In this document: positions 38,574 through 47,900 of the stretch, piece after piece
Layout: each line of letters begins with the position of its first letter
How positions within the stretch are numbered: position 1 is the stretch's first letter
Virus record (IMG/VR): IMGVR_UViG_3300045988_154277
Length of the DNA: 64,000 nt
Reading direction: 5' to 3' (one strand)
DNA from: a virus
Program-made: the position numbers and the translations under genes
The notes under the pieces: generated by a model
What the model was told of the DNA's origin: nothing
Databases searched by the model: none
The model's input: only the letters and a program-made list of their open reading frames with translations

Positions 38574-38618
38574 TAGTTGATAGAGTGAGGAGTATGACAC
38601 TCCTCACTCTATCAACAT

Positions 38619-39590
38619 TCACTTCTCTATGATCTTTAAAAGAACTTGGCATTTCTTACCAACAAGCGTAGAGTATTTCATCACACTACGTACATTGTTG
38701 TCGATCTGTTTGACAAGCGTCTTCACGGTGTCGAGTTTGGTCTTCGCCATCTCTTTCGACATCTGGGTGTTGGACTTTGTGTCGTTAGCGATTGCTTTCG
38801 CCGTCGTATGGAAGTTACGAATGGCTCCGATGTAAGTGTTCATCTCATCGAACCGTGTAGCCAAAGTATTCAAACTGGTAGCATCGAACCATTTACCGTT
38901 GACAGGGTCCATACCATCCTCAGTATTGCGGACATCTTTTCCGTTACCAGACTCCTTTTTGAGTTGGTCTTGGGTGGTGGTCAGGGCGTTATCTTCCGTT
39001 TTAGATTGTTCCTCCTGTCCCTGTGCTTGTACGGTCTCTTCGTTCGTCTTCAGTGCTTTAAGCTTATCGGCTCGATCTTGGAACTCTTTCTGATTGTCCA
39101 AGATCTCTTTCAGGAACTTCGCGATCGACTCAGTTGATTCACCGTGTGTGGTATACTCTTTCTTGAGTTTATCCACATTCTTCGGATCTTGACATTTGTT
39201 CGCCAACTTACGAAGGAGATCAGCAGAGGCCTTCGTGCTGACAGACATCACCTCTGTGAGGTATCGAATCAACTTCGGGAAGAACTCAGTTACTTTATCC
39301 CACATCGTAGTCATCGTCTTGGAGATCCCTCCTGCAACTTCAACGCTAGAAGTATAACCTTCTTGTGCAAGTTGTAAGCCGACGATATCTTGAAACACAT
39401 GATCTGTACGCAATGTATCAATGTGATGTTCTAACCACATCAGATTACGACACAACACATCCAGATCCTCCAAGGACTGGAACAGTTCTCTCGATGTGTC
39501 ATTGTGCTGATCTTCTTTCAAGGTCAAAAGGATCCGTTCATCCATAGACAAGGATGGGTCCTTATAAAGCGGTGTAAAATTAAATGACAT
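38619..39590 (-). CDS. paralog-family protein F (divergent), start moved to internal ATG
   Basis: CAGGAGACCTATC precedes ATG (MSFNFTPLYKDPSLSMDERILL...). This removes the 166-nt overlap with the upstream gene implied by the track ORF. Confidence 0.5.
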   Translation of the reverse strand: MSFNFTPLYKDPSLSMDERILLTLKEDQHNDTSRELFQSLEDLDVLCRNLMWLEHHIDTLRTDHVFQDIVGLQLAQEGYTSSVEVAGGISKTMTTMWDKVTEFFPKLIRYLTEVMSVSTKASADLLRKLANKCQDPKNVDKLKKEYTTHGESTESIAKFLKEILDNQKEFQDRADKLKALKTNEETVQAQGQEEQSKTEDNALTTTQDQLKKESGNGKDVRNTEDGMDPVNGKWFDATSLNTLATRFDEMNTYIGAIRNFHTTAKAIANDTKSNTQMSKEMAKTKLDTVKTLVKQIDNNVRSVMKYSTLVGKKCQVLLKIIEK

Positions 39591-39658
39591 GATAGGTCTC
39601 CTGATTTTAGCATAGGATGGAACCATGGGTGAGATACTCACCCATGGTTCCAGATGTA

Positions 39659-41917
39659 TCAACGACTGCTGATATTTGCAGTATCGGTACCACGACCCCG
39701 ATTCGTAACACGATTGAGAGAAGTAGCATTCGTACTGATGTCTGTCTTCTCGTGGTTCGCATACGGAGCTGTAACAGTAAGGAACCTGGCTGCAGGAGAA
39801 CGTCCGATCTTGGCACCCCACCATGTGGGATTGAAGATCGTGTTCTTCTTGATCAAGGTTGCAGCTGCAAGTTTCCGCATCGACTTCGGCATCAAGTACA
39901 GTCGTTCACTGATCCCCAATGCAGACAAGGTATCCAGATACTCCATCAGGTTGTTGTTCCTGGTAAAGGTATCGAAGAACCCGATGTCTTGCATACTGAG
40001 GAACACAGCAGGACTGAGATCCTTGATGCTGAAACTCACATCGATCGCAGTTGGCAGGTTGGTACTGCTCCAACCAAACTCATCTTTCCCACGACTGATC
40101 GACATATCCGTGATCATTCCACACGGTACTGCGAATTTACCTTTGCAGTATGCGTTGATGATGAACGGAGAGGTGTACATGTTGTCACCTACTGATCTGG
40201 GAAGAGCGGCAGCCAACAACATCAGAAGAGGGATGTAGATGCTCTGGAAGATGGATGTAGGATCTCCATACCGAGCTCTCAACTGGATCGTGAACGAATA
40301 CGACTTACTGAAGGAACTACCTTTCCACACTTCAGGGATATCGATGAATCCACTACCATCGGTCAGGATCGCTCCGATGTCACCGATACCAACAGCACTT
40401 GCTGTTTTAGCAAGTAGTTCCATACCAACTGTTTTAGCGAAGTCACCGATCGATTTCTTCTCCGATAAGTTCTTCGCTAGACGCGCTACGAAACTACCAC
40501 CACCAGTATCATCGAACTCATCGCGTTTCTGTTGAGCGACTTGGTTTAACCTTTGACTGATCCCAGTAGGACCTGTCTGGTTGGAGATGTTTTCGGTACA
40601 GTTCAATCCACGTTCGATCCGGAATCCAACGAAGTCGCCAGCACCGAAGAGCGTTCCTTTCAAAGCTTCAAACGATTTGGTGAAGACACCCTTGGACTCG
40701 TTATTCTTGACTTCCGTGAAGTTGCCATCTTTGTCAACCTCATACTTCGGTTGAGGATTCACATAGTACTGAGACGTCTCTTGTTGACGTTTCCACTGTT
40801 CCTCCATCAACTGACGCGTTGTCACTTTCACACGCTGTGCGTTGAACAACATCGCACGTCGGTTCATGATGGTGAAGATATCAGGACCGTTCTTCAACAA
40901 CTCAGGGATCCCACAGTCGTTCGTGGAGAACTTCCCTGACTTTGAATACTCACTGATATCGATCGGCATCACGGATCGTGCGCTGTATCCTGCTTCTCGC
41001 ATGACCTGAGCGACAGTCTTGCCATCTGCATTCAGTACGATACCGTTATCATTCGCTGGTTGGGGTTTGTTTGTGTCGTTCGGAAGATCCTTCGTTCGAT
41101 CCGAACGTTGGAACATCCAGGTTGGATACAACCCCATACCAACAGCGAGATAACTGAGCATCGTGTTCACCGTCTCGTAGTAGAGAGGCATCGCTGGTTT
41201 GAAATAGTAGTACATCGTGATCCGTTCACTATCGAGTTTCATCATCCATCGGTTGATATGGAATGGAGCTAAGACAGGGAACGTGATCGCCCAGATCGCT
41301 GTACTGAACACCATGCGGATGATCTTACCAACCAAAGTGCGGATCGATCCTTGGTTCATCGCGATCGCAGCTTGACGATTACCACTAACGGTATAGAACT
41401 GAAGTACGTTGACGAACTCAGGAACACCCATCCTCATCCAGAGGATCTCCTGGTTGTCGTCGTACATTTCTGCATAGACTCTTCCCATACCAGAGGTGAA
41501 TGCCTCCATCCCAGGTATACGAAGTAAAGGAGGAACGATATCATCGTCTCGATTGAACTGCCAGTACGGGTTGATCGCATCATTCCCACCAACACGAGTA
41601 TCCGTGTAGTTCGGTGAGGCATAGAGCGACTTACCCTGAGCCATCTCGTCGGTGACTTTGTCTTTGTTCAAGGCTGCAGAAGATGCATCGGTCTGTTCCA
41701 CGTTCTTCAGGATATTCATCCACTGTGTCACGTTCGCAGTGATTTCACTGTTATCGGCATCTTGAGCCAAGACGAACCGTTCGATCTCCATAAGAGTTTT
41801 GAATGCTTTGTTCGGATCTTCTGCGATGCGGACTCCGTAGGGTGAGCGAACCCACCCGTTGGAGTCCCCACCAACAGATGTGATCCCAGCAGCATCTCTT
41901 AAGATCTGATAGGACAT
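39659..41917 (-). CDS. large virion-associated protein (752 aa), function unassigned
   Basis: Located directly after the giant gene with a 10-nt gap. No motif recognisable by eye. The size is similar to jumbo-phage capsid or baseplate proteins, but that is not evidence. Confidence 0.4.
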   Translation of the reverse strand: MSYQILRDAAGITSVGGDSNGWVRSPYGVRIAEDPNKAFKTLMEIERFVLAQDADNSEITANVTQWMNILKNVEQTDASSAALNKDKVTDEMAQGKSLYASPNYTDTRVGGNDAINPYWQFNRDDDIVPPLLRIPGMEAFTSGMGRVYAEMYDDNQEILWMRMGVPEFVNVLQFYTVSGNRQAAIAMNQGSIRTLVGKIIRMVFSTAIWAITFPVLAPFHINRWMMKLDSERITMYYYFKPAMPLYYETVNTMLSYLAVGMGLYPTWMFQRSDRTKDLPNDTNKPQPANDNGIVLNADGKTVAQVMREAGYSARSVMPIDISEYSKSGKFSTNDCGIPELLKNGPDIFTIMNRRAMLFNAQRVKVTTRQLMEEQWKRQQETSQYYVNPQPKYEVDKDGNFTEVKNNESKGVFTKSFEALKGTLFGAGDFVGFRIERGLNCTENISNQTGPTGISQRLNQVAQQKRDEFDDTGGGSFVARLAKNLSEKKSIGDFAKTVGMELLAKTASAVGIGDIGAILTDGSGFIDIPEVWKGSSFSKSYSFTIQLRARYGDPTSIFQSIYIPLLMLLAAALPRSVGDNMYTSPFIINAYCKGKFAVPCGMITDMSISRGKDEFGWSSTNLPTAIDVSFSIKDLSPAVFLSMQDIGFFDTFTRNNNLMEYLDTLSALGISERLYLMPKSMRKLAAATLIKKNTIFNPTWWGAKIGRSPAARFLTVTAPYANHEKTDISTNATSLNRVTNRGRGTDTANISSR

Positions 41918-41927
41918 ATACTACTCC

Positions 41928-44900
41928 TTACGCTGGTACAGGTTTGGCAACATTGATTGCAGGTTCTCGTCTTGGTTTGGGACGGGACGCTGCTACCGCG
42001 TTCTGAGCGGTCTCTTTGGCATACGCCATCGCAGCAGTTAATGCTTTCTGAGCCCCTTCAGACGTTGCCTTCTCCTGAGCCACTTTGCTGTCAGATGTGA
42101 CGATGATCTGTTCCTTCATCAGGTTGACCATCTCAGCGAGTTTATCGACGATACTGCTGTTACCGGAAGTTGTCGCTTGGACGAGTGCTTCCGTTCCAGC
42201 AGCCTGTTGACTAGCAGCATCACCAGCCTTAGAAGGCTGTTTGCTCTCCAGATAAGCATTGACACCATCGTGTTTCGCCATCTGTTTGTCGCTGATGCTG
42301 GATGCTGTATTGACAGGTGATTTCGGTTTAGTGCCGGTGATCTTGTCCCAGAAGGTTTGCTTCTTCGGAGCGAACCGATCAAGAGCATCGTAGACGTCTT
42401 TCGCAGAACGTTTCGATTGACCTAACTCCGTATATTCACCAGGACCTTTCAAGTTACGACCGATGTTGTGGAGATCACTCATCGCCTCAACGACATTCTC
42501 TTTGTCGTTATCAACGAAATCTTCGGTGAGTGTAACTTTACCATCAGGTCCGACCACCTCTTTGGTAGAGGCTCTGCGTTCGAGTGCACCATGAAGACCT
42601 TCAACCGTACCTGTTGTTTTCTTGCGACGGTTGACGATCGATGCGTTCAACGATTGGCTGATGTCACTGGTACTTACTTCTCCATTGTCGTCTGTAGTAA
42701 GGGTGTCTTTTGCACCCAACAACATACCGCTGGTGTCGATCTGTTTACCAGTCATCCGATCCCAGAGACCGAGATGATGTTTCATACGAGTATGCTGATA
42801 CTCACGTCTCAGCTTGTCGTACTCTTCAGGACCAACCATCTTCACCGCTTCTTCAGCGGACATGCTCATGATCTTTTCGACATAAGCAGCTCGTTCTTCC
42901 TGACCACCTTTCAGTTTGTCAGCAAGAGCACGAGAGCCTGTTGCTGCGATATCTTTCAGATCGGTGATGAACCCTTCACCACTAGCATTCGTAGCAACAT
43001 CTTCAAGGTACCCAGCAGCTTTCCCAGCTAAGCCTGCGGCTTTACCGCGTGCCCACTTAAGTCCTGCTTTAGCACCTGTAACCATTTTGCCACGAAGTTT
43101 CGCTTTCAGCTCATCAACTTTATCATTGGCAGCTAGGATACCTTTACCTATGGTTTTAGCACCACCTAGTAGTGCGTTACCAACGGCTTTGTTACCTGCT
43201 ATATACTTAGAACCGAGCCATTTGGCTCCTTTCCAAGCATTCTTAAGGTTACCAAGTGCTTTCGCACCTGCCCACTTAAGTCCTTTAGCAGCTTTACCTG
43301 TTAGGTCGAACTTATCGTTGAGAGCTTTCGCACCCATAGCGGCTAACCCAACTGGTGAAGTGAACGTTGCTGCTTTCAGAAGCTTACTACCCCATCCAGG
43401 TTTCTTTATGGTTGCTCCTTCCAACGCCTTACTTACGATGTCTGATTTGGTGGCGGTGCTGGCACCTTTGTCTGTAGCACCCTCTTTAGTCTTACCTTCT
43501 TCTGCAGGTTTTGCTTCATCGGACGACTCGGTGGTCTTCTCAGATGATCCACCTTTGTTGCCCCACATCGATGTGACAGTTGCTTCGATGAGTGCTCGAC
43601 GACTGGATGCCGACGCATCGGGATAGTGTTCATCGACATAATCCCGAAGTTCTGATTTGAACTCAGCCACGGAGTCGGAAGTGTCCATCAGAGCTTGTGC
43701 GACGTTCTGAGGGATACTCAGTTTACCGCTATCTTTTTCCTCAGTCTTTTCTGCACCTTCCTTCTTCTCGTCTTTCTTACCGAAGCCGAGCTTCTTGGCT
43801 AACCAACCGCCAGCCTTAGCAGCGCCTGTTGCAGCAAGACCGACTGGTGTTGCATATTTCAGGAGGTTTTTAGTTCCTTTCCAGAACCCACCTTTGGCTG
43901 CCTCCAGCTTCTTCTTGGCTCCTTCATCACCTAGTGATGCTTTGTATTCCAAATCAGCACGTTCATCAGCATCGAGGTCTGTAGAAAACCCGGCCTTCCT
44001 GGACAACCAGTTGACACCACGAGTCGCTTTGTCTCGATCCAAAAGACCAAAAGTTAAACCAGAAGCGACACCTCCAAGTGCACCAGAAGCTTTCTCAGCG
44101 AAGTTCAGTTTATCCTGATCTACACCAAGAGCTGCCCCTGCATTACCCCAGCCTTTATATCCGTCGTAGAGACCTTTCGCTGCTGTGACGGCGAGACCGA
44201 CAGGTCCTGCAAACTTGGCAAGTCCTCCAGCGAGAGAACCCAATCCTCCAAGTTTACCAGCGATACCAGCAGCAGCTCCGCCGAGCTTCCCGAGACCACC
44301 GGACAGCAGTCCGCCTGCTTTCGTAGCGATGCCTCCTCCAGCACCTCCAAGAAGACCACCAACTTTGCTAAGTCCACCAGAGATCAACCCACCTGCTTTG
44401 CTGGCGATCGATCCACCGGCTTTACTCAGTACGGAACCAACGCGTCCTGTGATCCCACCCATATCTCCTTTTTGGAGAAGAGTACCGATGCCTTTACGCA
44501 TCAGTTTACCGACACCAGAATGGAGGAACTTACGACCGAGTTTGGTCTTGCGAAGGAGCTTCATACCTCCAGCAGCGAGTTTGTTACGTGCGAATTTGAG
44601 TGCTTTGCTCTTTACAGCATCCATCGCATCGTCCATCAACCCACCACCTTCTTCATCTCCTTGACCTTCACCAGATCCTTGTCCTTGGACTGTGCCTTCT
44701 CCACCTTGTGCAGCGGCTTTCGCTGCTGCATCTTCTGCCATCTTTTTCTTGCGTTCTTCAAGACGTTTTTCGTTGGCAGCTTGCTGTTCTTCAGCGGACA
44801 TGTTGGCTTCGGCTTGTTCGGCGTCTTTCTTGGCTTCTTCTTCTTTCTGATCCTTCTCGACACGACGATCTCGTTCTTCCTTCAGAAGATCGTAGATCTC

Positions 44901-47900
44901 GGTGATCTTGTTCAGAAGAAGATCGATACCAAGTTTACGTCCAGCTTTCGGTACTTCGGAGTCACCTTCTTTCTCTTTACTGAAGAATTTAGCGATCCCA
45001 GAACCTACCTTTTTAGCACCATCCCAAGCGGTACGGAAGAGACCACCCCATCCTTTGCGATTCCAGATGTTATCGTCTTCTTCCCCTTCTTTCTTCTTGG
45101 AAGGTCCACTTGATTTGGAGAACCAACCACTCACTTTGTCTTTGATACGACTGACCAGGGAGGGTTTCGCACCAGCTTGTGCTGTTTTATACTGTTCAGG
45201 TACTTGATCAGCACTGACGAATCTACCATCTGGACCATGCCATCTTCCGTTGGCATCCTGATAGTACTGTTTATCCTCTGGAACAGGTTCTTCCAGTGGT
45301 TTTGCATCTTTCTTACGGAATGGGTGTGTGATTCCTTTCCAGGCTTTGCTGCCCAACCACTTGCCACCTCTCCAAGCGCCACCAACGGTCTTCTTCGTGG
45401 TCCACCAAGACGCTTTACCAAGCCACTTGGCTGGAGTGAGCAACGCCTTGCCAACAGCAGGTGCTGCTTTCAGAGCACCTCCGATGACACGACCACCTCC
45501 ACTCAGAACACCTTTGGCGATGTTACCGTACATCCCCATCATCGCCGCCATCATGCGACCATAAGCTCCGATCAAACCACCGCCGATCTTACCACCTGCA
45601 CCGATGATAGAACCAAGGATTCCTTTGCCTTTGCCACCTCCTGGGATACCCATGATAGCAGAAAGCAAAGATTGGTTATCAGCGATCTGTCGTTGAGCAA
45701 ACAGTCTGAAGTCACTGTGGAATACAGACTCAGCCTCTCCTTCGAACTTCAGATCACCCTCTGGAGCTTTGGATTCTTCTTTCTTGGTAGCCTGTACCGT
45801 AGTAGCAGGAGTTGCATCGACTGCAGCTTCTTTCACTTCCGGTTTGTTGCGATGAAAGAGTCCCTTCATCTTACCGAAGAACCCAACCTTGTTGACATTC
45901 TTGATATCAGACTGAGGTTGATCTCTATGGAAGAAAGATCCGATCTTCTTGAAGAACCCTGGTTGTTTGGCTGCAACAGGTTCCGATTGACCGACTTCTT
46001 CGTCAGCATGTTGGAGAGTTGCATCCGGGATGGCATCTTTCGCGATGTCCTGAGGAGTGAACTCACCCTCATCTCCAGATCCTTCCAGCTGAGTAGCATT
46101 CAGCATCTTCGGATCGATCTTCTGTTCTCCGGGTTTCGCGTTCTTGTTGTACTTCTCGATCACCTTCTTGGCTGCTTCTGTACCTTTCTTGACGTCACCT
46201 TTGGCTTTCTCAAAAGCTTCCTTGACGTCTTTCTTGACACTGTCCGGGATGTGAGCCATGATCCAGCGACCGATCTTCGAACGACGAAACTTCAACCACC
46301 CATAACGAAGCTTCCTCCAGAGACCACGGATACCGGATGTCGCTTTGCTTTTGATCGCTCCACCAACACCTTTTTCCTGGATCTCTTTCTGGATATCCTC
46401 AAGCCCACTTACCATCTTCTTACGGATGTTGTCGAGGGCTTCTTTCCGTTTCTTGCTATCGGTGATCATACTCTTGTAAGAGGACAACTGACTCAGTACT
46501 TCACCGAGATACTTTTTGCGCTGATCAGCGCTTGGTATCACGGTGGAAATTCTCTTCAGATCATCCAATATCTTCTTCTGTGCACCGGTGGCTTTTAGAT
46601 CTGTTCCAAGCTTATTGAGGAACTTCCCGATGCTGTGCCCAGACTTGACTGCGTTGTCATAAAGAACACCGACTTGTTCCTGCATGGATTCTGGGAAATA
46701 CTTCACCAGTTCTTCTCTGCTTTGGAATGTCTCCACTAACTTACCGGTGACATCTTGGACTTTCTGTTTCGCACCTTTGACAGCATCTGTTGTTGTCTTA
46801 GGTGATTCCTTAGCACGCTCTTCCATGAGAGCACTGAATCCCATAGGACGATGTTCTTCTGGCGCAGTACCTTGTACGTTGGAAGTAACATTACCGACCT
46901 GCATCTCAGTGGTGGATGTTGCCCCACCAGCGGAATTCACAGCATCAAAGCCGATCCTACGAGAACCCTCTTGGGTATAAGTGGGTTTGGTTCTCCACTC
47001 AACACCATCCGTTGGATTGTATCCATCTGGCGGGATAGGACCATTAGAAGGTCTTCCACCACCGAGTAACTCGATGATACGATCCAGTTTATCTGGGATC
47101 CAACGACGAAGCGATGTTCTGCTGTCCGCATCGAATGCAACAGCTTCTTCAGCGACATCCGCAGCAGTACGGACTTTCACCTGTTTGGTAGAACGACGTT
47201 TGCCTTTGGAGGAACCACTAACCGTGTAGTTACCGGATGCACCTGGTGTAACAGTATACGCAGGTTCCGGCTTAACCTCTTCGTAGTGTTCCGGTATGTC
47301 ATTCTCTTCAGTGATTTCACTGTAACGGAAGCTGGGATCACTCATGTCGAATACCCAGCGTTTCTTCGTACAGAGCTTATTGATCTCTTCTACAGGGAGG
47401 GTCCCTGGTTGAAGAGGTGTGGACACGTTGATCGTCTCACTGTACCGATTGAGTCTTAAGTCAGAGGCAGAGATTACGTAGGTCGTAGGACCTGTTTTCA
47501 CGACAGAGTTTACGTGAGGCTTCTTCTGCTCACTCTCATCGTACTTGCTTTTCGCTTTGCTGTAAGTACGACCGATCACGGTGTCATCAGAGAAGAAATC
47601 AGTAACACCCTGTTTGGTTTTCTCATACTTCCCTTTCAGCCAACCAGCTGCTTTCGTGAGATCGTTGTTGATGAAATCAGGTGTCGCATATGCTGCTCCA
47701 CCGAGCACACCAGAGAGCTTATCAGCGAAGTCACCCTCTTTACCACCACGGTGCTTCCACCGCTGACGGAGCTTCTCCTCTTCTGCTTTCAGATGACGCA
47801 ATTCATCCATCTCATATGACGCAGTACGTTCTGCATCATCTTGGGTTTCCAAGTCAAGACGCAAGTCCTTCAATTCCTTCTGACTGTACGGTTGTCCAGT

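Noticed and set aside
9882-39824. Track ORFs with long 5' extensions that overlap the upstream gene (9882..10520, 10384..11685, 12047..12505, 15844..16770, 16709..17392, 18548..19810, 38619..39824)
   Set aside because: Each has an internal start codon with a canonical AGGAG-type SD at proper spacing that removes the overlap. The extended versions have no SD.
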